From sequence record SRR20825006_365: a stretch of 38,292 nt of DNA. One strand, written 5' to 3'. The notes beneath the pieces are model-generated. The model was not told where the DNA came from. It did not search any database and saw only the letters and a list, made by a program, of their open reading frames with translations. This document shows, piece after piece, positions 26,537 to 36,078 of the stretch; within the stretch, counting starts at the first letter, position 1, and every line of letters starts with the position of its first letter. The position numbers and the translations under genes are program-made.

Positions 26537-27087
26537 AGCTGTGCCCCCTCGACATGCGCGACCTTGCCGTCATTGGCATCAATGATGACTTCCTTTCGGT
26601 GCACCGTAGGAGCAAGAGGTCCGGTATCATTGATCAACCGATAGCGCGCTGGACGTTGGTTTGGCTTGGCTGTCTGTGTCACTTTGAAATATCCTGCTTT
26701 CAGCAGTTTTTGGCAGTAGGTGTTGACGCTCTTGGGGGTGATGTCTGGCCGCCCGCGTCCGATCAGCATGTAGATTTCGTTTGGCGAGAATTCCTTGGTC
26801 ACGCGCATGACCGTCCACATGACGCCCTCGGGTGTTTTGCGCTTTTCTGCAGATTTTTGTTGGCGTTCATCGCTATTTAAAACTGTGAACAGGGTCTGAG
26901 ATTCGCGTGTGCCGCATTTGTGCAGGATGCCCAAACGCTTGAGCTTGGCGACAAAGTTGGTGCGCTGATAGTCCGAAGCGTCTACCTCGGCCTTCAGCAT
27001 GGCGTGGGTCACTTCTGCGCGCGCGCAGATAAAATCCCACAATGCCTTTTCGGTTTCGTTTCTGGGCTCATAGTTTGCGATGGTCAT
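26533..27087 (-). CDS. Hypothetical (probable tandem winged-helix) protein
   Basis: MW..MR..KEF, Y...L.KAGY, YRLINDTGPLAP; downstream of MuB. Confidence 0.75.
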   Translation of the reverse strand: MTIANYEPRNETEKALWDFICARAEVTHAMLKAEVDASDYQRTNFVAKLKRLGILHKCGTRESQTLFTVLNSDERQQKSAEKRKTPEGVMWTVMRVTKEFSPNEIYMLIGRGRPDITPKSVNTYCQKLLKAGYFKVTQTAKPNQRPARYRLINDTGPLAPTVHRKEVIIDANDGKVAHVEGAQL

Positions 27088-27089
27088 GG

Positions 27090-27839
27090 TTATGCGACCC
27101 TCCGAGCCGTCGGCGCTGAGTTGCGCAAAAATGGTGCATCACCCCATTTGTCGAGTGACATGGTGGAGAGGTTCATCATCTGGGCTTGCTGCGCCACATA
27201 GGCGAAATCCATCGCCATTTTGCGCACGACACCGTCGTTGCGGATACGAATGTGGTCGAGCAAATCTGGGGCGATGCCGATGCCGGGCGCGTAGTGATCC
27301 GCAAGCATTTGCGCGTCTTGCATGTCGGCACGCTCTGCGCCGACCCAACGATAAATGCGGTTGTCGACCTGTTCCCACTGGCGCAGCTTTTGCGGCAGCT
27401 CTTCCATGCCGACCAAAATGATGGGGATGCCCGTTTTGTCATGGATGTCGCGCACCCGCTCAATCATCGGGGAGGCGCGTTTCTTGATCAGATAATCGGC
27501 TTCGTCCAAAATCAGCGGGCGATTGGCGCGCATCAGTTCTTTTTTGCACTGATAGGACTTTTCCGCGACGGTGCCTTTTGCCTCCACGCCCAGCTCGGAC
27601 AGGATCGCAAAATACAGCATGCTGGCGGTCCAATCGGCCTCAACCGAAATGTGGATGGCATCCAAGCTGGCGCACACGCTGGCACAGGCAAAGCTCTTGC
27701 CCAGCCCCGATGGCCCGTGAAACACACCCAAGCCCGGAAGTCCAAACGTGCGGTCCATCAATTCACTGGCCAGCAAGTTTAGGGCTGCGACGTTGCGCAG
27801 GGGCTTGATACTGTCACCTGTCGTTAATGCATGTGTCAT
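27090..27839 (-). CDS. MuB-like AAA+ transposition ATPase
   Basis: Walker A GPSGLGKS, Walker B LILDEAD; adjacent to the transposase. Confidence 0.93.
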   Translation of the reverse strand: MTHALTTGDSIKPLRNVAALNLLASELMDRTFGLPGLGVFHGPSGLGKSFACASVCASLDAIHISVEADWTASMLYFAILSELGVEAKGTVAEKSYQCKKELMRANRPLILDEADYLIKKRASPMIERVRDIHDKTGIPIILVGMEELPQKLRQWEQVDNRIYRWVGAERADMQDAQMLADHYAPGIGIAPDLLDHIRIRNDGVVRKMAMDFAYVAQQAQMMNLSTMSLDKWGDAPFLRNSAPTARRVA

Positions 27840-27870
27840 TTTACGTTCCTTGCTTTTTGTCTCGATGCGA

Positions 27871-29994
27871 CTATCGGATGCCGCTCGCCCCGTATTGTTT
27901 GAACATCAGCAATTGGCCCTTGTATTCAGCGCTTTGCCTGTAGCTGTTGAGCCATTTCGCTTCTTCTTGCCCGATGGATTGCCCGGCCTCTGAGCGTGCC
28001 AAAATGTCTTGAGCACGCCGAAAACGATCACCCGGTGTCGCAGCTTTTTCAGCGTCTTCGTTTGATGCGACCTTCGCGGGCAGGTTCAAAATCATCGCCT
28101 CACGTGCGGCGTCGACAGCCGGGTTTGCCGCCACCTCAACCTTGCGCGGTGGCTGCTGCATTTTGGCGTGGGCCTTCCCAAACATGGGTCTGACCACCTT
28201 GGCCGCAGGGCGCTCCAGTGCAGGTGCTGCGGTTTGATTCAAGGCCTCGCCCAAATCGGCGGGGCTGATGGGGGCATGCGCTTTGAGAAGTGCCTTTTCG
28301 GCGGCCTTGATCCTCGAATTGCGTTTGGCGGTTCGGCGTGCGCCAGACAGATCGAAAAAGCCGGTTTTTTGACGGCATTCTGCAAAGCCCAAATACGCGC
28401 CATCGGTGCCATAGATATGCACGCCGCTGTGCAGGTCCTCAGGATCAAACCGCGCCACGACATCCCGGCTTGGATGTTCTGACATCCAGTCGCTGTGATA
28501 GTGGTTGCCTTGGAATTTTAACTCGCCGTTGTTCTTGTTCAGCTTGCCCGCATGTTGGCCCATCATCCAAAGGCGGCGCTGTTCCTCAGAGGCCTTTTGA
28601 ATGGGCGCTTTGACATAGCTTTCCTCAAAGGTCTGATCAAAGGAGCGCCCCAAAGCGGTTGCAGACAGGCGGCCTTCGCGGGCGTTGTGCTCTGCAACAC
28701 GCTCGGCCAAAACCTGCAAGAACGTCTCAGCGGGCACCGCGCGGCTGCCGTAGTTTTCTGGCTTGGCCGTGGGCTTTTTGCCGACATATGCCCCGGCAAA
28801 TCGAACGTCCTTGGCGATGGAACTGGCAAAGTCGCGAAACCCGCGTTCAATCGGTTTGGCTTGGCCGTGGGCGGGCGTCGCAAAGGTGACCTGAATGCCC
28901 AGCAAGGGCAAAACACCAAGCGGTTCATCGTCGCGGATTTTAAAGCGGAACCGATGTTCTCCGCCGCCTGTCATCCATTTATTGGCAAATTCGTGGCCAT
29001 TATCAAACAAACAGCGGCGCGGGATGCCCCAATGTTCGATCATCTCGCCAAAAGCGGCCATGACCATCACTTTGTTCGGGTCATGATCAACCCGCCAAGA
29101 CAGGATTTTGTTCGAATAGAGGTCTTGGAAAGCGATGATCTGTGGGCGGTTGATTGTGCCATCAGGCCATTCCACAAAGACGTCGATCTTGTGGCAGTCG
29201 GCGTTTACGGCCTCCAAGGCATGCAAGCCGCTGCGGTCGCGAATTTGCGCAGGAAAACAGCGCATCAATCCCTTCAAACCTTCGCGGGCAAAGACGCGGG
29301 TGACACGCGGCACGTCCTTCTCAATCCACCGAGAGGCCGTGCGCTCATGGACAATGGCCCAGCCCTTTGATTTGGCGACCTTCTTCGCATCCCGGTAGCA
29401 ATCCTTGAACGTTGGCCCTTCCAGTCGCAGAAAGAGGCTCTTTAAAAACTCCATAAAGGGCCGCGTTTCTGCGCTTGTTGTCGTCTTGCGTTGGGCCAAT
29501 CGGTGGCGCGGTGCCAAATAGACCAAGCGGTCATCCACCGCGACGCCCTCAATCATGTCCAGCCAGTTGTAGATCGAGCGCGGTGACGCCTTGGTTGTTT
29601 GCGCGGCAATCGCACCAATAGCAGCCACCTGCGTGGTGCCAATCGACACCAGCTCCTCGACCTTCTGAAGGATGTTTAGGCGGCGCGCGGCCTCGTCCTT
29701 TGTCTTCTGAGGAAGCGCATCAAAGGCAGCCCAAGCTGCACCGCGGTCTGGCTTGGCGTCAGGGGCCGTCTCGGAGCGTGCCAAGAGTGCCTTGCGGGCC
29801 TCAAGCGGCAACACCGACCAATGATATTGCCAACCGCCGCCGCGCCCCGCTTTGCGTTGCGCACATCCCGGCTGCGCGCGCCAGGCACCCGCCAGCAAGT
29901 TGATGCCCTGGCGGGTGCCGGGCAGGGTGGGCAGCTTTGCGGCTGCCAACTCATCTGCGGTCCACCAAATCTTTGAAGGCTCAAGACGCGTCAT
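27871..29994 (-). CDS. MuA-like DDE transposase
   Basis: N-terminal Mu HTH (WWTA.ELA...LP.LP.T), catalytic NAD.H / FDNG.EF / KPIER. Confidence 0.96.
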   Translation of the reverse strand: MTRLEPSKIWWTADELAAAKLPTLPGTRQGINLLAGAWRAQPGCAQRKAGRGGGWQYHWSVLPLEARKALLARSETAPDAKPDRGAAWAAFDALPQKTKDEAARRLNILQKVEELVSIGTTQVAAIGAIAAQTTKASPRSIYNWLDMIEGVAVDDRLVYLAPRHRLAQRKTTTSAETRPFMEFLKSLFLRLEGPTFKDCYRDAKKVAKSKGWAIVHERTASRWIEKDVPRVTRVFAREGLKGLMRCFPAQIRDRSGLHALEAVNADCHKIDVFVEWPDGTINRPQIIAFQDLYSNKILSWRVDHDPNKVMVMAAFGEMIEHWGIPRRCLFDNGHEFANKWMTGGGEHRFRFKIRDDEPLGVLPLLGIQVTFATPAHGQAKPIERGFRDFASSIAKDVRFAGAYVGKKPTAKPENYGSRAVPAETFLQVLAERVAEHNAREGRLSATALGRSFDQTFEESYVKAPIQKASEEQRRLWMMGQHAGKLNKNNGELKFQGNHYHSDWMSEHPSRDVVARFDPEDLHSGVHIYGTDGAYLGFAECRQKTGFFDLSGARRTAKRNSRIKAAEKALLKAHAPISPADLGEALNQTAAPALERPAAKVVRPMFGKAHAKMQQPPRKVEVAANPAVDAAREAMILNLPAKVASNEDAEKAATPGDRFRRAQDILARSEAGQSIGQEEAKWLNSYRQSAEYKGQLLMFKQYGASGIR

Positions 29995-29997
29995 GGG

Positions 29998-30879
29998 TCA
30001 GGCCCTCGCTCTCACAAAGGGCACGACGCCTGTGGCGTCGGCCTCTTGATTGCGCAGCAACTCGCGCAACACCTCTGCATGCTCCGCCACAAAGGCGCGG
30101 CGGGCGGCGAGGGGCGCGCGGGCAAAGGCATCGTTGAGCTTGCGCAGGCTTTGATCGGCAGCGCTGACATGCGCATCGCCGGGTTTGGCGTTGATCTGTT
30201 TGCGTGCATCCGTGACGGATTTCGCGGTGCCTTGAGCAAGGCGTGCGACCACATTGCCGCGCTCAGAGGCTTCGCCGATCTTGGCAATCTCGGTCAGGTC
30301 TTTGAGCGTGACCGGCTTGGGCGCAGCGCGCAGTTGGGCCACTTCATTGGACGCCAGCTTTGATCCTGCGGCGATGATCCGTTCAACTTGGCGCTTCGAG
30401 AGGCCAAATTTGTCCGATGTCGATCTAGCGAACGACACGATGTCGCTCGCTAGCTTTCCGGTATGGCGGTTACCCTTAAAGGCATCGGCTTTCGTCTCAG
30501 GGTGCAGCCGCTCATAGACCTCTTTACGGGTCGCCAAAAACACCGCCGTGTCCAGCGCGTTCATCTCAGCGCCCGCCAGGTTGTCGTCAATCTCCATGAG
30601 CAAAGCCCAATCATCGGTGACATCGGTCCAGACTTTGGCCTCAATCTCCTCCCAGCCCAGGCGGCGCGCCGCCTCAATGCGGTGCCCCCCGGCCAAAAGG
30701 TGGAGCGTGCCATCCTTTTTCTTGCGCACATGGATGGCGTCTTTCATCACGCCAGTCTCATTGATCGATGCGATCAGGCTCTCTACCCCGGCCTCACTGA
30801 CGGGGCGCAAGCGGTGCATGCTGATGATCACATCGTCCAAGCGCACACGGTTGATTTGCATGAGGGTTGGCGCACTCAT
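29998..30879 (-). CDS. ParB N-terminal domain protein
   Basis: RLRPV, L..SI...G, LLAGGHRIEAARRLGW, EIDDNL, HTH FGLSKRQVER. Confidence 0.88.
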   Translation of the reverse strand: MSAPTLMQINRVRLDDVIISMHRLRPVSEAGVESLIASINETGVMKDAIHVRKKKDGTLHLLAGGHRIEAARRLGWEEIEAKVWTDVTDDWALLMEIDDNLAGAEMNALDTAVFLATRKEVYERLHPETKADAFKGNRHTGKLASDIVSFARSTSDKFGLSKRQVERIIAAGSKLASNEVAQLRAAPKPVTLKDLTEIAKIGEASERGNVVARLAQGTAKSVTDARKQINAKPGDAHVSAADQSLRKLNDAFARAPLAARRAFVAEHAEVLRELLRNQEADATGVVPFVRARA

Positions 30880-31199
30880 TTCGGTGCCTTTCTCGTCGCG
30901 TAACTGTAAGTGGGACCAGCAATGTCGCCGAGTGCATCGCTTTGACTGCGGCAGCTGCCACAAAGCCGATTGTGAATGCCGTCGGAGTCAAATGACTTGC
31001 CGCAACACAGGCACGGACGCGGTCCGCGCTTGGCCTTGGCATCCGCCTTCCGTTGCAATTTGGCGCGCAATTGATCCGCCTCAGGGCGGAACCGGATTAA
31101 CCGGCTGGCGTGGCCTCCGTCCGGGTCGGTGACGACATAGCCGCCCAAAATTTGCTTGAGCGCATAACGATGCGAGGGTTTGGCAAAATGAACGCTCAT
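30876..31199 (-). CDS. Hypothetical protein with C-terminal zinc finger
   Basis: RPCLCCGKSF.S.GIHNRLCGSC; GGAGG RBS. Confidence 0.8.
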   Translation of the reverse strand: MSVHFAKPSHRYALKQILGGYVVTDPDGGHASRLIRFRPEADQLRAKLQRKADAKAKRGPRPCLCCGKSFDSDGIHNRLCGSCRSQSDALGDIAGPTYSYATRKAPK

Positions 31200-31387
31200 G
31201 GCCGACCTCCATAGGTCACACGCAGGCACTCTTCGCACTCTGCAAGGTGTCCGGCCTCTTCCATCTGCAACAGGTCAAAGACCATCCCGCTCACAAGCCC
31301 ATAGGGTGGAACAGGGGCGGATTTCAGGGTGGCGATCTTGGCGCGCAAATCGGCCATGCGCTGGTCAGGAGAACGTGTGTCGATCAT
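31196..31387 (-). CDS. Hypothetical protein (63 aa)
   Basis: GAGGT RBS; ATGA overlaps. Confidence 0.7.
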   Translation of the reverse strand: MIDTRSPDQRMADLRAKIATLKSAPVPPYGLVSGMVFDLLQMEEAGHLAECEECLRVTYGGRP

Positions 31388-31617
31388 TTAAACACCTCGT
31401 AAATCAGGGGTAAAATCCAGAACGATCCGAAGATGATGACAAATAGGAAGATCGCGCCAATCAGGTCGCCGATCCAGCTGTCCTCAATCTTCCGGTTGAT
31501 CTCTGCGAGCCTGAGCCAGACCGCACGCGAGCAGTCGCGCGGTCTGGCAGGCTCACGCGCACCCATAGGGGGGGAGGATGGGGCGCGGAGGCGGGTGTGG
31601 GGCGTCACATCTGACAT
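31384..31617 (-). CDS. Small membrane protein (77 aa)
   Basis: GGGAG RBS before ATG 31617; C-terminal TM helix. Confidence 0.65.
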   Translation of the reverse strand: MSDVTPHTRLRAPSSPPMGAREPARPRDCSRAVWLRLAEINRKIEDSWIGDLIGAIFLFVIIFGSFWILPLIYEVFK

Positions 31618-31684
31618 CAGATCGCTCCCACAAATTTGAAGATGACAGCAGGGGTGAGGCACAGGATCAAAAGCAGGGCGAGCA

Positions 31685-31933
31685 TCACGCGGCCTCCTCC
31701 TTCTTGGGTTTTTTCGGGCGGGGGATGTCTGAAGGCCATTCAAGGTCTTCGGGCCAGTTGGTGTGGAACCAATGTAAAGCGCGATTGGCTGTTTTGATCG
31801 TGCAGCCTTGGTTTTCGCGCAGCCGTTTGAAGAGGCGCGCATGGCCAACACACCAAGTGGATACCGTCGCCTCTGACCGCGAAATATGGCGGGTCATCAA
31901 CTCGGCCAATTTTATGAGGTTTGTTTGTTCCAT
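31685..31933 (-). CDS. Ner/Cro-like regulator
   Basis: First early gene, divergent from the repressor; SEATVS HTH-like segment, NWPEDLEWPSDIPRP. Confidence 0.75.
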   Translation of the reverse strand: MEQTNLIKLAELMTRHISRSEATVSTWCVGHARLFKRLRENQGCTIKTANRALHWFHTNWPEDLEWPSDIPRPKKPKKEEAA

Positions 31934-31943
31934 GCTTATTAAT

Positions 31944-32050
31944 ATGTAAATTTACATTATTAGGTCAATATAAATTTACACTAATTTGGAAAAAGATTGT
32001 TTCACACCGCGCCTGCTTGTGCGTGATGAAAATTTGGTGCAAATTTGCAC
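31944..32050. promoter_or_regulatory. Operator palindromes, consensus TGYAAATTTRCA, in the divergent switch region
   Basis: ATGTAAATTTACAT 31944-31957, TATAAATTTACA 31969-31980, GTGCAAATTTGCAC 32037-32050. Confidence 0.75.
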
Positions 32051-32051
32051 T

Positions 32052-32735
32052 GTGCAAAAAGCTCAAGACATATATGAGCGGCTGGAAAGCCGCCGCAAGC
32101 AACTGGGCCTTAGTCAAGCCGAGGTAGGTTTGCGTGCATTTGGAAAGGCTGATAACTCTGCATTTCAGGCACTTCGAAGGGGGTCGTCGCCTTCCGTGGA
32201 AAAATTGCAGGAGCTTTGCCGCGCACTTGAGTGGGAATTTTATTTCGGGACACCACGCGATTTTGGTGGCGAGCAACCCCCTGCGGCTGATCCAGAAGAA
32301 TTTGCGAATATCCCACTTCACGCTGCAAGCCTTGCCGCTGGGGCAGGGGCCGAAAACGGATCGGAAGCAGTGGTTGACTATCTCTCGTTCAGACGGGATT
32401 GGCTGCGCAGGATTGGTGTTATCCCATCAAACGCTGTGATGGCGCGCGTCGAAGGCGACAGTATGGAGCCAACGATTTGGGCCGGAGACATGGTTCTGAT
32501 TGATCGTGCGAAAAAGGAAGTTCCTGTCCGAAAGAGCAATGCGAAAAAAGGCCGAAGCCCGGTCTATGCCATCCTTGATGACGGCCATGCGCGCGTAAAA
32601 CGCATTGAACGACCCGCCGAAGATCAAATATTGCTCTTATCTGACAACCCGGACTACGGCCCGGAGTTTGCGAAAATCGAAACGCTCTCCATCATCGGCA
32701 AGGTGATGTGGTGGGGGCATACGAATAGGGACTGA
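32052..32735 (+). CDS. CI-like repressor, XRE HTH + S24 peptidase (start uncertain: 31986-32052)
   Basis: RRKQLGLSQAEV HTH; AAG cleavage site, GDSMEP (Ser), VKRI (Lys), SDNPDY. Confidence 0.93.
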   Translation: MQKAQDIYERLESRRKQLGLSQAEVGLRAFGKADNSAFQALRRGSSPSVEKLQELCRALEWEFYFGTPRDFGGEQPPAADPEEFANIPLHAASLAAGAGAENGSEAVVDYLSFRRDWLRRIGVIPSNAVMARVEGDSMEPTIWAGDMVLIDRAKKEVPVRKSNAKKGRSPVYAILDDGHARVKRIERPAEDQILLLSDNPDYGPEFAKIETLSIIGKVMWWGHTNRD

Positions 32736-32809
32736 CAGGGCAGGTGGGAAATGCGTCTAAGTTTTTGCTCCCTACCCAGAGCGGAGCTTTTCGTTGCTGG
32801 GGAATGAGC

Positions 32810-33235
32810 CTAACCAAAGGTTTTAGGTGGCACAATTATTTTGATGTACGTAAGTGCCGTTCTGTGGCCGTCGGATTTTTTTTGCGGGTTAGGGTCTAAA
32901 AGGCGGCGCTCAAATGCATCCCAAACAAGCCAATGCCAATTTCCGGCGCTATTGGGCTTCGTTGCAATAATTGCATCGAAGTCGAGCCCCATATCCTTCG
33001 TACTATTCTTTTTGAAAGGATATCGTTGCCGACCAATTTCAATGCCGAAAGCACCGAGGCCGCGGCGGAGTTCATCTGTTCCAGTGTAGCCCGCAGGACT
33101 TGCACCAAATATTACAGCCTTAGCAGCATCATACGCAGAGTCTGCTGGGCATCCGGCATACCTTTGAATGATCATTGCAACGCACGCTACACCACAGTCA
33201 TTAGATTTTCTTTGTGTGATGCGTTCTACCTTCAT
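32810..33235 (-). CDS. Stand-alone C39-like cysteine peptidase
   Basis: Q....DCGVACVAM, HWLVWD, LLDP. Confidence 0.8.
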   Translation of the reverse strand: MKVERITQRKSNDCGVACVAMIIQRYAGCPADSAYDAAKAVIFGASPAGYTGTDELRRGLGAFGIEIGRQRYPFKKNSTKDMGLDFDAIIATKPNSAGNWHWLVWDAFERRLLDPNPQKKSDGHRTALTYIKIIVPPKTFG

Positions 33236-33397
33236 AAACTGCCGTCTCCGCAAATGTACGCAATGCTACTCTCTAACTTCAGTATCGAAATTTGAGCGTC
33301 AGATCGGCAAAGGTCAATATCAGTGCAGAGCCCGACGTTAACGGCCCTCTGCGGACATTGACTATTCTCTCGTCACGCTGCAGCGCAGCCCGTCAGA

Positions 33398-33419
33398 CCG
33401 GACCTTCTCTGCGAGCGCA
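33398..33419. repeat. 22-bp inverted repeat, left copy
   Basis: Reverse complement matches 36057-36078 at 20/22. Confidence 0.8.
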
Positions 33420-33421
33420 CA

Positions 33422-34144
33422 CTAGCCGATGAATATGTGCCGCAGAACAGCCTGAGCGATGTCCATCGTGGGAACTGCCAGCATGAAATATCCCAGAGAT
33501 CCAAACAACAGGGATATTATTCGCGCGGGCTTATAGGTGTGCATCATACCAACCCACCATTCTCTGGCGAGATAGCCTATGTAGTCGCCATGCTTGGAGA
33601 ACATGTGGGCTCTGACGTCTGGCCTATAACCTGAAACCACAGGCTTCTTGGCACGCGGCGCACCCAATACTATCCAAAATGCCTCCGTTCGTTCGACCCA
33701 CGACTCAGAATGAACGCGCTCCTCCATACGGGCGAGCTCGTAGACGTTGTATCTCTGCCTTACTAGTTCAGAAAACTCTAAGTCGCTTTTGGCGGTTTCC
33801 AGAACTTCTGGACGGAACACTCGGAATGTCACGAATGAGCCAAGCACGAGCAGGCTGCCGAAGAACACCAACCGAAGCTTGGTTAGACCGTCCAAGAGGA
33901 AGGGGGATCTCTCTGCCCCCCCAACGCCTGCTAGTGCATCGAACGAGAGTATCCCAGCGATCTCGTCGTTAAACAGGATCAGGTAACCGGCTATAGGTAT
34001 CAGCCCGACGACCCGCGTGAAGTCATTGTTCGCAACAGCCTTCACGGATTCCCAACGCACAATTTTCCAATCTTTACGCGATTTCAACAGGAAGCACCTC
34101 CGCAGGTTTCGGTAGATCCTACAATCTGCTCCACCAATTGCCAT
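33422..34144 (-). CDS. Hypothetical membrane protein (about 3 TM), paralogue of 35150..35992
   Basis: Hydrophobic segments; shared motifs with the 280-aa protein; start uncertain. Confidence 0.8.
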   Translation of the reverse strand: MAIGGADCRIYRNLRRCFLLKSRKDWKIVRWESVKAVANNDFTRVVGLIPIAGYLILFNDEIAGILSFDALAGVGGAERSPFLLDGLTKLRLVFFGSLLVLGSFVTFRVFRPEVLETAKSDLEFSELVRQRYNVYELARMEERVHSESWVERTEAFWIVLGAPRAKKPVVSGYRPDVRAHMFSKHGDYIGYLAREWWVGMMHTYKPARIISLLFGSLGYFMLAVPTMDIAQAVLRHIFIG

Positions 34145-34234
34145 CCCAAACGGACCCGGCCCTTAGTGGACATCCAATGGAGATGCGTGAGTACTAGTAA
34201 GCAGCCTCTTGATACACTTATCAACACACCATTC

Positions 34235-35083
34235 TCAGCTATCTATCTGCAAGAAATTCATCTCTGGCTCACTTAATTTGATTGGGACTAAGGTAAACTC
34301 GCAATCATGGCCCTGGTCGTCGCTATAGTATCCAGTATATAACCAAATCGAAAGAAACGGCACCGCGTCAAGGAAGTCCTGAATCTCATCGAATGCCTCA
34401 ATAAACTCATCTGGGTTGCTTTGAGTTGTCAAGTTATCCAGCAACAGAATGGTGTTCTCTTTGTTGTTGTGCTTTTTACTAACCTTTTTTGAGATAGCCG
34501 TTTTTAACTCACTCACTAGGTCAACTGAAGGCTCCATTGGAGGGCGTAAGAAGAACTTTGGGTGAGATCCACCTTCTCCGATTTTGAAGCGCTTTTTCTT
34601 ATCGGCCTTGGTTTTTACTGCGCTGACAATCTCTTCTGGTAGCGTCCCGGGGAAAAGCCTTTCGATCTTTAGAACCTCATACCCAGAGAGCACTTTTTTT
34701 GATAACAAAATCGAAGCTTCGTTCTCTGCCTTGATCGCTTTGAGCAAAGCTCTGTCAGCGATCCGGCAAATTTCCAGAAAGAAGTGTTTGCCATCATGCA
34801 TTACATACTCGAAATCCCACGGGCAATCGCGACCGACTACATAAAATTGGGGTTGTTCATTGCCTTCAGTATAATGCATTTTTGCGAACTGCTTTGAAAA
34901 GTGAAAAGCAACAATTTCTTCTCTGTGACGGTCATCCCATACGTTGAGCCGGACGACTTCCTGCAATGATCCATCCGGCCTAACAAAAATATGTCGGCAA
35001 TAGTTAAACTTGTCCGTCAAGTCAGCGTTATGCTCAAACTGGCTTCTACTACTCCGCAGCCTCACTACGCTGAATTCTGACAC
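34235..35083 (-). CDS. Hypothetical protein, possible PD-(D/E)XK nuclease fold
   Basis: PWDF.....G....LEI and AI.KK..K......ILLLD patterns. Confidence 0.6.
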   Translation of the reverse strand: MSEFSVVRLRSSRSQFEHNADLTDKFNYCRHIFVRPDGSLQEVVRLNVWDDRHREEIVAFHFSKQFAKMHYTEGNEQPQFYVVGRDCPWDFEYVMHDGKHFFLEICRIADRALLKAIKAENEASILLSKKVLSGYEVLKIERLFPGTLPEEIVSAVKTKADKKKRFKIGEGGSHPKFFLRPPMEPSVDLVSELKTAISKKVSKKHNNKENTILLLDNLTTQSNPDEFIEAFDEIQDFLDAVPFLSIWLYTGYYSDDQGHDCEFTLVPIKLSEPEMNFLQIDS

Positions 35084-35149
35084 GTATGAGTTTCCTATGA
35101 TTGCCGTTGCCTGAATGCGATTTTTGTATCATGAACTGAGCAAAGTGTC

Positions 35150-35992
35150 ATGAAGGGATGTGACCAAATGGACCTGAAAAATTTGGGAACATGGCATGTG
35201 GAGTTGTCAAGAAAGATCACTTGGTCTCAACTTGCAAAGCTCGGAACAACGCCTGTGATGCGTTTGACTACCTTAGTACCACTGATCGGAATTTTTTTGC
35301 TCTTTAACGAGCAGACCGAGCTCATCTTTCAGTTCCCTCAATTTCTGAAGACCGATATCGGGGAAACTGGCGATAACGAGATATCTGCATCCAATCTCTA
35401 CTTCACGTATTTTGGTCTTTGTAGCTTAGGTATAGCCTCACTGCTATTTACAGCCCTATGTCCAAGGGAAATCCAAGTTCAACCAAATCAGCAGTTATTT
35501 GTTTCGCAGGCTACCTCTCTAGAAACGCCTGTTTTGGCCAAAGCTAATTTCCGAGAAGTTCTTGATCTTCACCATGCACAAGTTGACGGAGAGATGTCCT
35601 GGGACAATCCAAATTATCCCGGGGAATTAGAAAGCGATTTTCACGCTTTGATGGAGGAGTTCTACACTACTGCCGATCACGGCGAGGATGATGCTTATGA
35701 AGATTTTCCAGAAGTAATGACTGCGACCGGGTATCTGGATTTCACAGAGTTCGCGCACATGCTTTGGTCAAACCCAAGAGTAGTTTGGCCGATGACACTG
35801 CCCGTTTTTGAGGTTGCTCCAAGGTTAGCAAAAGACGTGGCCTTCGTAAGGTTTCAGGCGCTAAATTTTACCAGATATTGGACACGCATCTGCGTTTTTG
35901 CACTTTTCCTTGTGGGTTTTGTGCTCTTGGCCTTCCCAACGCTTCGGGTTTTCGCCCTCCTAACATACGGAGTGGCTTTTGGTTGGGAATAG
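35150..35992 (+). CDS. Hypothetical membrane protein (about 3 TM) with acidic loop
   Basis: 280-aa ORF with hydrophobic segments; paralogue of 33422..34144. Confidence 0.8.
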   Translation: MKGCDQMDLKNLGTWHVELSRKITWSQLAKLGTTPVMRLTTLVPLIGIFLLFNEQTELIFQFPQFLKTDIGETGDNEISASNLYFTYFGLCSLGIASLLFTALCPREIQVQPNQQLFVSQATSLETPVLAKANFREVLDLHHAQVDGEMSWDNPNYPGELESDFHALMEEFYTTADHGEDDAYEDFPEVMTATGYLDFTEFAHMLWSNPRVVWPMTLPVFEVAPRLAKDVAFVRFQALNFTRYWTRICVFALFLVGFVLLAFPTLRVFALLTYGVAFGWE

Positions 35993-36056
35993 GCTTTGGA
36001 ATTACCGTAGTCGTTCTCTTGTGAATGTCTGCCTTCGGGCCATCCCACAGCCAGCT

Positions 36057-36078
36057 TGCGCTCGCAGCGAAAGTCCGG
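36057..36078. repeat. 22-bp inverted repeat, right copy
   Basis: tgcgctcgcagcgaaagtccgg vs reverse complement of 33398-33419. Confidence 0.8.
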
